From an uncultured Verrucomicrobiae bacterium (GTDB lineage Bacteria; Verrucomicrobiota; Verrucomicrobiia; Chthoniobacterales; JAATET01): a stretch of DNA of 64,000 nt. This document shows, piece by piece, positions 45,833 through 54,818 of this stretch. Position 1 is the stretch's first letter; each line of letters opens with the position of its first letter. The notes under the pieces were generated by a model. It saw only the letters and a program-made list of their open reading frames with translations, made no database searches and was not told the origin of the DNA. The DNA is taken from NCBI GenBank assembly GCA_963740185.1, contig CAVUDH010000001.1, positions 60,752-124,751 of the forward strand. The letters are read 5' to 3'. Both the position numbers and the translations under genes were made by a program.

Positions 45833-47950
45833 ATGCCCCTCCTCGCCTTCGCGAACCTCCACTCGGCAGACTTCCTGATCCTCGTCGCCATCATCGCAGT
45901 CGTCGCGGGATTCGCCCTCCACACCCGACGCTACACCCGCAGCGTCGCCGATTTCCTCTCCGCCAACCGCTGCGCCGGCCGCTACCTCCTCACCGTCGCC
46001 TCCGGCATGGCGGGCATCGGAGCCGTCTCCATCGTCGCGATGTGGGAACAGTTTTACCAAGCCGGGTTCACCGCCCAATTCTGGGGCACAATGATGGCCC
46101 CCCTCGGCCTCCTCATGGCCCTCTCCGGCTGGATCATCTACCGCTACCGGGAGACCCGCGCCATGACACTGGGCCAGTTCTTCGAAATGCGCTACAGCCG
46201 GCGACTTTCGCATCTTCGCGGGCATCCTCTGCTGGGTCAGCGGCATTCTGAACTACGGCATCTTCCCCGCCGTCACCGGTCGCTTCCTCATCTACTTCCT
46301 CGGCCTGCCCGTCCACCACTGGACCGTCCCCGGCCTCGGACTCGAGCTGAATGTCACCCTCGGCATCGTCATGGCCATCGTCCTCGCCGTCGCCGTGTTC
46401 ATCACCCTCACCGGCGGCCAGATCGCCGTCATGGTCACCGATTTCATCCAGGGGCAGCTCAGCAACATCGTCTTCCTGATCCTCCTCGTCGTGATGCTCT
46501 GGATGTTTCCGTGGAACGTCATCGTCGAGACGCTCGAACGCGCCCCCGCGGGCGAGTCCAAGCTCAACCCCTTCGACACCGGCTCGCTCCCCGATTTCAA
46601 CCCCGCCTTCTTCTTCATCCTGCTCTTCCTCACCGTCTACAACTACATGGTCTGGCAGGGCGCGCAGGGCTACAACAGCTCCGCCATCAATCCCCACGAG
46701 GCGAAAATGGCCAACCTCCTCGGGCAGTTCCGCGCCGGCGTGACCTACCTCCTCATCCCGCTGGCCGCCGATCTGCGCCTACGTGCTCATGAACGCACCC
46801 GTCCACGAAGCCGCCACCGCCGCGACGACGTCGACGCTCGCCGCCATCGGCGATCCCCAGATCGCCACGCAGATGACCACCACCGTCGCGCTCTCGCAGA
46901 TCCTCCCGGTCGGCATCATGGGACTCTTCGTGTCGCGTCATGCTCATGGCCGCCGTCAGCACCGACACCACCTACCTCCACTCGTGGGGCAGCATCTTCA
47001 TCCAGGACGTCCTCACCCCCATCCGCCAGGCCCGCGGCAAAGACCGAACACATCCCCCCCGCGCAGCACCTTCGCTGGTTAAAAACCTCCATCGTCGGCG
47101 TCGCCCTCTTCGCCTGGACTTTCAGCATGATCTTCCCGCTCCGCGAATATATCCAAATGTATTTCCAAGCCACCGGCGCGATCTTCACCGGAGGCGCCGG
47201 AGCCGTGCTCATCGGCGGACTCTACTGGAAACGCGGCACCACCGCCGGCGCCTGGGCGTCCATGATCGTCGGCTGCACGCTCGCCGTCATCAGCGTCCTC
47301 ACGATCAATCTCCTCTGGCCCAACGGCATCCCCGCCCTCCAAGCCGCCTACCCCGCCGTCGGGTGGATCCAAGCGATGCCCGTCGAATTCTGGATCAACG
47401 GCATCCAGATCGCCTTCCTCGTCTCGCTCATCGCCGTCGCCACCTATCTTCGTCGTCTCCCTGCTCTCCCCCAACCCCCACGTCGACATGGACCGCCTCC
47501 TCCACCGGGGGAAATATTCAGGCCGCCGCGCCCGAAGGCGCCGATCACATCGCCCCACCCGCCACCGGCTGGCGCGCCTTCGCCTTCACCCCCGAGTTCA
47601 CCCGCGGCGACAAAATTATCTACTGCGCTAAACATCGGCTGGGTCCTCTTCTTCTTCACCGCCTTCCTCACCATCTGCATCTGGCAACTCTTCTCACAAA
47701 TGGCCGAACGAGTGGTGGGCCAATTGGTGGCTCTTCAACCTCATCTTCATCGGTGCCACCGGCACCATTACCACCGTCTGGTTCCTCATCGGCGGCATCA
47801 AGGATCTACGCCGACTCTTCGCCCGCTCGCCACGATCCAACGCGACGAGAAGATGACGGCACGGTCACCACGAAGCAGATCAGAAATACGAGGGTTAGAA
47901 CCGCAGACTGCTCGCAGACCCCGCAGATGGTGACTGGAATCTCTGGTTAA
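45833..47950 (+). CDS. Sodium:solute symporter family transporter (many frameshifts; end approximate)
   Basis: SVADFLSANRCAGRYL, YRYRETRAMTLGQFFEMRYSR, TGGQIAVMVTDFIQG, WQGAQGYNSSA, AAVSTDTTYLHSWGSIFIQD, GGLYWKRGTTAGAW. Confidence 0.85.
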
Positions 47951-48029
47951 AAATGTCTTCAGATCCTCGTCCAGCGTCCGCGAAATCCCGCTGACCCGCT
48001 TCGCCGTTCAAACCCAATCATCACCCACC

Positions 48030-48707
48030 ATGAAACTTCCCACGACTCTCTCCGCTCATGCCTCTCGTTGTGCTCCTCACCGTTGCGCCGCACTCATCTC
48101 CATGGACCAAGCCAATCCGCGTTTCCGAAACCGGACACCACCCTCCACCTCGGCCAACCGTGGAACGACTCAGCCCGACCCCGGCTTCCACCCCGGCGAC
48201 GTCCGACTTTCCTGGACTCCAACCGCGCTCACCGTCGAAGCCGATCTCACCGACGACCACGTTTTCACCGCCGCCACCGGCGACAACCAGAAAACGTGGG
48301 AACTCGGCGACGTCTTCGAGATCTTCATCCAGCCCGTCGGCCGCCCCGACTACGTCGAACTCCACGTCGTCCCGACCAACCACCGCGTCCACGCCCAATT
48401 CCCCGGCCCCGGCCTGATCGCCAGCCCGAACGACCCCCTCCTCGCCTTCGACCAGAGCCATCGTCGAGCCCGTCGGCTTCACGAGCACCGCCACCCAGAC
48501 CCCAAAGGGCTGGAAGGTCACCGCCACGATCCCGGCCTCGGTCTTGACGTCGCGAAGTTCACCCCCGGCCAACGCCTCCGCATCAGCTTTTCCCGCTACG
48601 ACGCCACTCCCGATCAGGACCCCGTTCTCTCGACCACCGCCGCCCACCCCGTCATCCGATTCCACCGCCCCGAAGAGTGGACGGAGGTCGAACTCGTCGC
48701 CGATTAA
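48030..48707 (+). CDS. CBM9-like/DOMON-like sugar-binding protein (local frameshifts likely)
   Basis: VRLSWTPTALTVEADLTD, TWELGDVFEIFIQP, YVELHV, LRISFSRYD, FHRPEEW. Confidence 0.65.
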   Translation: MKLPTTLSAHASRCAPHRCAALISMDQANPRFRNRTPPSTSANRGTTQPDPGFHPGDVRLSWTPTALTVEADLTDDHVFTAATGDNQKTWELGDVFEIFIQPVGRPDYVELHVVPTNHRVHAQFPGPGLIASPNDPLLAFDQSHRRARRLHEHRHPDPKGLEGHRHDPGLGLDVAKFTPGQRLRISFSRYDATPDQDPVLSTTAAHPVIRFHRPEEWTEVELVAD

Positions 48708-48735
48708 GATTTTGAAAACGCCGCGGGATGCTCCT

Positions 48736-48762
48736 GTATTTGCAACAGTTCCTTTTATTGCT
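48736..48762. promoter_or_regulatory. Candidate operator upstream of the PEP-CTERM gene
   Basis: gtatttgcaac-N10-attgct. Confidence 0.5.
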
Positions 48763-48856
48763 TCTCGAGCTGTTGCGATTACCGTTCCTCATAACCCCGG
48801 AAGAGATTTGCCAACGCATTACCTGCCAAATCGTATCCGATAAACCCCAATCCATC

Positions 48857-49609
48857 GTGAAAATAAAAAAACTTCCGCTCATCCTCTCCTCTCTGTTGCT
48901 CTCGGCCGCTCTACCTGCGGTTGGTCAGTCATACATCGAAAATTTCACAGGTTTTTCGAATAGCCTTACTTCGGGCCAGACGGGCGGAGACGAGGGTCAA
49001 ATAATCGCAGACTCAATTGGTGCGAATTCGAGCGCGTCATCTGGGAGCGTTCCCGCCATTGACGGCACTTCGCTGTTCCTAACGATTGACACCACTAGTG
49101 CTGCGAACAGCTTCGGTGGATTTATTAGGACCACGATACAGCCAGGATTCAGCGCAGGTGACTTAACTTCCTCTGACGCCGCCGATTACAACATTGTTTT
49201 TGATCTCCAGGCTAATGGGTTTACCCCCGTTAATGTCGATGTGTTCCTGAACTTCAGAGATTCGACGAATACGAACGTCTTTGGTCAAATCAGCATCAAT
49301 CAAGGCAACGCTGCGTTTTCCGTGTTCGTCAACCAACTCAATACCAACAACACAGTTTCGGTCAGTCTGCCCCTTAGTGAGTTCTCAGGGCTCCCTGCTA
49401 ACGTATCCGGACTCGCCAGCGCTGACCGATTCTCATATCAAATCAACTCACGCTCCCCCTTGGCGAACTACTCGGCTGGCAACGCCAACGTCTTGGTAAT
49501 TGACAATGTAGGCATCGTCGCCGTCCCTGAGCCTTCATCCGTCGCCCTTCTCGGCCTCGCCGCCGCTGGTGTCGCGATTTTCGCTCGCCGTCGCAATCGT
49601 GGCGCCTGA
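48857..49609 (+). CDS. PEP-CTERM sorting-domain surface protein
   Basis: Signal peptide; Ser/Asn/Gly-rich, Lys-free mature region; C-terminal VPEPSSVALLGLAAAGVAIFARRRNRGA. Confidence 0.93.
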   Translation: MKIKKLPLILSSLLLSAALPAVGQSYIENFTGFSNSLTSGQTGGDEGQIIADSIGANSSASSGSVPAIDGTSLFLTIDTTSAANSFGGFIRTTIQPGFSAGDLTSSDAADYNIVFDLQANGFTPVNVDVFLNFRDSTNTNVFGQISINQGNAAFSVFVNQLNTNNTVSVSLPLSEFSGLPANVSGLASADRFSYQINSRSPLANYSAGNANVLVIDNVGIVAVPEPSSVALLGLAAAGVAIFARRRNRGA

Positions 49610-49645
49610 TCCGACCTCGAGCGACGACCGTTGCTCACACGTTTC

Positions 49646-49674
49646 GAAAGCCACGCCTCCTCGGCGTGGCTTTC
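49646..49674 (+). terminator. Hairpin, probable intrinsic terminator or mRNA stabiliser
   Basis: gaaagccacgcc-tcctc-ggcgtggctttc right after the PEP-CTERM gene. Confidence 0.65.
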
Positions 49675-49719
49675 TGCTATCCTGAAACCTCGAATTCACG
49701 AACCCAATTCAGCTTCCCA

Positions 49720-50328
49720 ATGACGACACTTGTATCGACCCTCTTCGCCCTCGCCATCGCATCCGTCTGCTTCGCTAACGTCCTCTACGAAAACCCAGAG
49801 GGTGCCGGCTCCGCTCCCGAAAGCGGCCTCACCGTCGAACCCGGCGAAGCCCCCGACGGCACCCCTGCACTCGTTATCGGCGGTGATCCTGACGGCGAAT
49901 ATTCCAAGTTTTACAACGAGAGAGACCTCAACGGCACCCCCACGCTTTTCATCGACATTCATCCCGACGACCGAGGCCAACCCTATACCTTCTCCTACGA
50001 CGTCTACCTCCCCGCCGACAGCGAGATCGAATCCAGCCAGATCAGCCTCCACTTCTACCGTGATTTTCCGAAGGATGGGAGCATCAACTTCGACGACGAC
50101 GAGAAGAACAAGATTAGCGAATCATTCTATGGGAAAACCCTCTTCGACGTCACCGACCAATGGCAGACGGTCACCGTCAGCGGAACGATCCCAGCCGTGG
50201 ACCAAGCCGACGTCGACATCGATGCCCTTCGCTTCAACATCGCGTTCGAGCAAATCGATTTCGAGAGCAACACCAATCCAATTTCCGCCTACGTTCGCAA
50301 TATCGTGTTCAAAACGACCAGCGAGTAG
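49720..50328 (+). CDS. Secreted acidic hypothetical protein, possible CBM-like beta-sandwich
   Basis: Signal peptide; GQPYTFSYDVY, TDQWQTVTVSGTIP, AYVRNIVF resemble jelly-roll CBM strands. Confidence 0.6.
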   Translation: MTTLVSTLFALAIASVCFANVLYENPEGAGSAPESGLTVEPGEAPDGTPALVIGGDPDGEYSKFYNERDLNGTPTLFIDIHPDDRGQPYTFSYDVYLPADSEIESSQISLHFYRDFPKDGSINFDDDEKNKISESFYGKTLFDVTDQWQTVTVSGTIPAVDQADVDIDALRFNIAFEQIDFESNTNPISAYVRNIVFKTTSE

Positions 50329-50405
50329 CGGTTTCTGCTCTCGTGCGTCGCACCTCTCCCGCATCCCCTTCGCGGCCTTGGCGACCTTCTGTTCAAAAAA
50401 TCACC

Positions 50406-51569
50406 TCACCCCCGCTCCCGCACGAACTCCCGCATCCGCTCCATCGCGACCTTGATCTGCTCCAGTCCTGTCGCGTAGCTCGCGCGCACGAAGCCTTCGC
50501 CGCACGCGCCGAACGCCGTCCCCGGCACGACCGCCACGTTCTTCTCCCGGAGCAGCCGCATCGAGAATTCCGCACTCGTCAGCCCGGTCCCGGTGATCTT
50601 CGGAAAAACGTAAAACGCCCCGCGCGGCTTGAAGCACTCCAGCCCCATCTCGTTGAGCGCACTCACGACGTAGTTTCGCCGCTGCTCGTAGTGACCCCGC
50701 ATCTTCCCCACCGCCGGTGCCCCCCGCTCCAGCGCCTCGAACGCCGCATCCTGACTCGTGATCGACGCGCAAAGGATCGCGTATTGATGGATCTTCATCA
50801 TCGCGTCGACGATCTCCGCCGGCCCGCACGCGTAGCCGATCCGGAAGCCGGTCATCGCGTAGGCTTTCGACATCCCATTGAGCAGCACCGTCCGCTCACG
50901 CATTCCCGGCAGCGAGGCCAGACTCACGCACCGGCCCCCGTCGTAGGTGAGTTCACTGTAGATCTCGTCCGTCAAAACGATCAGATCCCGCCGCACGCAC
51001 ACCCCGGCCAACTCGGTAGCCTGCTCCGCCGTGAGCGTCGCCCCAGTCGGATTCGTTGGAAAATTCAACAGCACCGCGCGCGTCTTCGGCCCGACCGCCG
51101 CATCGAGATCCGCCGCACGAAGGACGAACTCATCCTCCACGCGAGTCGGAATCGCCCGCGCCACGCCGTGAGCCAGCGCCACGCTTGGATTGTAGGACAC
51201 GTAGCACGGCTCGTGATAAAGCACCTCGTCGCCCGGATTCAAAATCGCCCGCAACGCGGAGTCGATCGCCTCCGACACGCCGACCGACACCAACACCTCC
51301 GTCTTCGGATCGTAACTCAACCCAAACGACCGCTCGACGTATCCCGAGATCGCCCGACGGAGACGCGGAGCTCCCAAGTTCGAGGTGTAGCCGGTCCGCC
51401 CGCGCTCCAACGAGTAAATCGCAGCCTCGCGAATGTGCCACGGCGTGACGAAATCCGGCTCCCCGATTCCGAGGGAAATCACGTCGTCCATCGACTGAAC
51501 GATCTCGAAAAAATCCCGAATTCCCGACTTGGGGATCGTTCGGATGTGATCCGCCACCAGGGCTCTCAC
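50406..51569 (-). CDS. Aminotransferase class I/II
   Basis: SGIRDFF, ISLGIGEPDFVTP, NFPTNPTG, TDEIYSEL, NGMSKAYAMTGFRIG, AVVPGTAFGACGEGFVRASYA. GTG start overlaps the Lrp stop. Confidence 0.95.
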   Translation of the reverse strand: MRALVADHIRTIPKSGIRDFFEIVQSMDDVISLGIGEPDFVTPWHIREAAIYSLERGRTGYTSNLGAPRLRRAISGYVERSFGLSYDPKTEVLVSVGVSEAIDSALRAILNPGDEVLYHEPCYVSYNPSVALAHGVARAIPTRVEDEFVLRAADLDAAVGPKTRAVLLNFPTNPTGATLTAEQATELAGVCVRRDLIVLTDEIYSELTYDGGRCVSLASLPGMRERTVLLNGMSKAYAMTGFRIGYACGPAEIVDAMMKIHQYAILCASITSQDAAFEALERGAPAVGKMRGHYEQRRNYVVSALNEMGLECFKPRGAFYVFPKITGTGLTSAEFSMRLLREKNVAVVPGTAFGACGEGFVRASYATGLEQIKVAMERMREFVRERG

Positions 51570-52045
51570 GGCGTGACGGACAGACGGTCCGAATCGGGCT
51601 GCTCCGTGTGGAACGTCCCGTTTTCCTTGTAGGTTTTCAACCGGAACCGCGTCGCCGTGGAGAGCACGCCCTCGATGGTGCTCAACTTCCGCGCGACGAA
51701 ATCGGCCACCTCCCGCAGATTCCCCGCCTCGACCTGAATCAACAAATCGTAGCCTCCGCTCATCAAGTAGCAGCTCTGCACCTCGTCGAACTTGGCGATC
51801 CGCGACGCGATCCGATCGAACCCCCCATCGCGCTCCGGCGTGATCCTCACCTCGATCAGCGAGGTCACCAGATCCGGGGACCACTTGTCCCGATTGATCA
51901 CCGTCTGATAGCCCACGATCACGCCGTCGGCCTCCAGCTTCGCAATGATTTCCTCCACCTCCTCGACCGAGCGGTCCAACAAGCGGGCAACGTCCGTCCG
52001 CGCCATGAGCGGATTGTGTTCGAGAAGATCAAGGAGAGCCTGCAT
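51566..52045 (-). CDS. Lrp/AsnC family transcriptional regulator
   Basis: KLEADGVIVGY, IEVRITPERDGGFDRIA, CYLMSGGYDL, STATRFRLKTYK. Confidence 0.93.
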   Translation of the reverse strand: MQALLDLLEHNPLMARTDVARLLDRSVEEVEEIIAKLEADGVIVGYQTVINRDKWSPDLVTSLIEVRITPERDGGFDRIASRIAKFDEVQSCYLMSGGYDLLIQVEAGNLREVADFVARKLSTIEGVLSTATRFRLKTYKENGTFHTEQPDSDRLSVTP

Positions 52046-52115
52046 GGGAAAAGCGTCAAACATGCCGGGCGCAATCACTATTGTGAAACGAAAATATTTC
52101 TCGTAGAAACCTCCC

Positions 52116-52521
52116 ATGCCCGCTGCAAAAAAGAAAACCGCCATCACCAAGAAATCCACCCCAGCCGCTAAAGCGAAGACTTCCGCGAAGCGGACCGGCC
52201 ACGAGCGCGAAGACAACCGTGAAGAAAACGGCTGCCGCCGCCACCAAGAAGGCGACCATTCCCAAATCCGCCTCCGCCAAAGCGAAAGCGACTAAAGCGA
52301 TTCCCGCCGACCGCGAACAGAAGCTCGCCGAGCAGGCCCTCAGCCTCGTCGATCAAGCCGCCGCCGTCCTCCGTGACCGCATCCGCGACGGAGCCACGCA
52401 GACCGCGAAGGGCCGCCTCGCCGCCAAGAAAAAGGCCAACACGCTCCTCTCCCGCGCCTCCGGCAACCTTCACAAAGCCGTCGACTTCGGCACCACCAAC
52501 CTCAAAAAGATCCTCGACTAA
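52116..52521 (+). CDS. Lys/Ala-rich histone H1-like basic protein (frameshift near 52200)
   Basis: MPAAKKKTAITKKSTPAAKAK in one frame continues as VKKTAAAATKKAT... in another; helical C-terminus. Confidence 0.6.
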
Positions 52522-52525
52522 AAAC

Positions 52526-52591
52526 GGGGAGAACAGGCTTCCAGCCTGTCGCGGCGGGCATCCCTGCCCGCCGCAGCTGCACGCAAGTGCA
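52526..52591. repeat. Three-hairpin REP-like element, copy 1
   Basis: ggggag-a-acaggc ttcca gcctgt-c-gcggcgggca tccc tgcccgccgc-agc-tgcac gcaa gtgca. Confidence 0.75.
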
Positions 52592-52604
52592 TCACGCCGC
52601 GCAC

Positions 52605-52632
52605 CCCCAGCGCCCAGCACCCAGCACCCAGC
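52605..52632. repeat. Heptamer tandem (nCCCAGC)x4
   Basis: ccccagc gcccagc acccagc acccagc. Confidence 0.75.
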
Positions 52633-52639
52633 GCCGAAA

Positions 52640-52666
52640 CGGCCCGCCCCAAAAAAAGGCGGGCCG
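52640..52666. terminator. GC-rich hairpin between convergent genes
   Basis: cggcccgcc-ccaaaaaaa-ggcgggccg. Confidence 0.45.
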
Positions 52667-52675
52667 CTTCCGTTT

Positions 52676-54097
52676 CTACATATCTTCCAGACTCCGCCCC
52701 TTCGTCTCCACCACCAGCGCCCGGACGACGAACAGAGACATTACCGCGAAGCCCGCGTAGAGCGCGTAAGCCCCACCCAGCCCGATACTCGTCAGCAACA
52801 CCGGAAACGACATCGTGACCACGAAATTCGTCAACCACTGCGACAGCCCGGCCACGGCCAATGCAGCACCCCGAATCTGATTGGGAAACATTTCGCCCAG
52901 CAGCACCCACATCACCGGCCCCCACGAGATGCCAAAGCACACGATGTAGGCATTGGCCGCGATCAACGCCGCGGCACCCATTCCGCCGCCCAACTCGAGA
53001 TCACCACTGGCGCCGACGTTGGCCGTCCCGAAGATCACGGCCAACGCACCGAGCGTGATCGCCATCCCCACCGATCCCATCATCAAGAGCGGTTTGCGAC
53101 CCCAGCGATCTACCAGACAGATCGCGACCAACGTCGAGACGACGTTGATTACGCCGCCGATCACATTGATCTTCAGCGCGTCCGCCTCCGAGTAACCCGC
53201 CGCCCGCCAGAGAACCTCTCCATAATAGAACACGACGTTGATCCCGACCAATTGCTGGAGCGCCGCGATGAAAAGACCGACCCACACGATCGGACGAACT
53301 CGCCTCGTCGCGGAATCGATCAGGTCACGAAACCCCGGACGCCGCCCTTTCGACAAGGTGCCCTGAATCTCCGCCACTTTCGCCGCCGCCGAAGACGCGC
53401 CCGAGACCCGCACCAGCACGGCTTCCGCCGCCTTCGTGTCACCCGCCGCCACCAAGTAACGCGGAGATTCGGGAATCAGGAACAACCCAATAAAAAACAG
53501 CACCACCGGCAACAACTCCGCCCAGAACATCCACTTCCAGGCTTCGAAACCGAGCCAAAACTCCGCGCTCGCGCCTCCCGCCGCCGCCGCGATGAGGTAG
53601 TTCGTCAAGAACGCCAGGAACAGCCCGAGCACGATGGCCATTTGCTGGAGGCTCGCCAGGCGCCCGCGATAGGCCGACGGCGCGACCTCACTGATGTAAG
53701 CCGGCGCGATCACGCTCGCCGCGCCCACCGCCAGCCCACCAATCAAGCGAAAGACGATGAACATCTCCGAACTCGTCGCCGCCCCCGAGCCCCACGAACT
53801 CAACGCAAAGCAAACTGCCGCCGCGAAAAGCGCCGTCCGCCGACCAAACCGATCCGCGATCTGACCCGCAAAAAATGCACCCACCGCGCAGCCCAGCAGC
53901 ATCGACGCCACGTTGAACCCGCTGCCCAGTTCACTCGCGCCAAAAGCCTTTTGCAGCGCACCGACCGCGCCATTGATACAGCCACTGTCATATCCGAAAA
54001 GAAATCCACCCAGCGCCGCCACGCAGCTGACAAGCAGCACGAAGCGAAGATCAGGGGAGTCAACGGCCGATGGAGAGGAATCCGGAGAGTTGTGCAT
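52676..54097 (-). CDS. MFS sugar porter (GlcP/XylE-like)
   Basis: GGFLFGYD, DRFGRR, YISEVAP..RGRL, PESPRYL, QQLVGINVVFYY, WGPVMWVLLGEMFP, ETKGRSLE. Confidence 0.95.
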   Translation of the reverse strand: MHNSPDSSPSAVDSPDLRFVLLVSCVAALGGFLFGYDSGCINGAVGALQKAFGASELGSGFNVASMLLGCAVGAFFAGQIADRFGRRTALFAAAVCFALSSWGSGAATSSEMFIVFRLIGGLAVGAASVIAPAYISEVAPSAYRGRLASLQQMAIVLGLFLAFLTNYLIAAAAGGASAEFWLGFEAWKWMFWAELLPVVLFFIGLFLIPESPRYLVAAGDTKAAEAVLVRVSGASSAAAKVAEIQGTLSKGRRPGFRDLIDSATRRVRPIVWVGLFIAALQQLVGINVVFYYGEVLWRAAGYSEADALKINVIGGVINVVSTLVAICLVDRWGRKPLLMMGSVGMAITLGALAVIFGTANVGASGDLELGGGMGAAALIAANAYIVCFGISWGPVMWVLLGEMFPNQIRGAALAVAGLSQWLTNFVVTMSFPVLLTSIGLGGAYALYAGFAVMSLFVVRALVVETKGRSLEDM

Positions 54098-54164
54098 AAT
54101 TCTGAGGGGGAGCGTGAATCATGTCGCACCAAACTGCCGAAGACAAGCGCAAGCAAACGCCCCC

Positions 54165-54261
54165 GGGGAGCACACCCTTCCAGGGTGTCGTGACCGGGTT
54201 GCCTTCCGGCGGTCTCCGCTTCGCTCCGGCTCCAGCCGGTCACACGCTGCACGCAAGTGCA
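54165..54261. repeat. Three-hairpin REP-like element, copy 2 (overlaps the 3' end of the cyclo-ligase gene)
   Basis: ggggag-c-acaccc ttcca gggtgt-c-gtgaccgg...ccggtcac-acgc-tgcac gcaa gtgca. Confidence 0.7.
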
Positions 54262-54794
54262 CCCATCTCGGTCACCACCCGATCCACCCCGGCGTCGTGG
54301 GCACTCACGGGCACCGCCGCCACGATCTGCCGGCCAAAAGCCACCCCGACCCGTCTCACCCCGACCGGCAACCCCGCCAGCAGCCGATCGTAATACCCAC
54401 CCCCGCGCCCCAACCGCCGCCCTGCCCGGTCAAAAGCCAGCCCCGGCACCAGGATCACCGCCGCCGCGCGCACGTCGACGGCCTCCCCGCTCACGGGAGC
54501 CCGCACCCCCCGCTCACCGGCCCGCAGTTCCGCCCGATCCCACACCACCACAAATTCCAGCCGCTCCCCCACGATCCGCGGAAACGCCACCTTCCCCCCC
54601 TCCAAGCGACAACCTTCCCACCACCCAGGCTCCGTCCCCATCGGAGCAAACCCCAGCACGAGCCTCGCCCCCGCGATTTCCGCCCGCACCCGCCCCGCGA
54701 TCACCACCGACGCTGCCAGCCGATCCGCCCGCGACATGGCCCGCAGCTCCGTCCGCATCGCGTCCCGCATCGTTTGCTTTTCCTCCGAAATCAT
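54240..54794 (-). CDS. 5-formyltetrahydrofolate cyclo-ligase
   Basis: KQTMRDAMR, ILVPGLAFDRAGRRLGRGGGYYDRLL, HDAGVDRVVTE. Confidence 0.92.
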   Translation of the reverse strand: MISEEKQTMRDAMRTELRAMSRADRLAASVVIAGRVRAEIAGARLVLGFAPMGTEPGWWEGCRLEGGKVAFPRIVGERLEFVVVWDRAELRAGERGVRAPVSGEAVDVRAAAVILVPGLAFDRAGRRLGRGGGYYDRLLAGLPVGVRRVGVAFGRQIVAAVPVSAHDAGVDRVVTEMGALACSV

Positions 54795-54818
54795 AGAAAA
54801 CTGGCCACTTTTCAAAAG

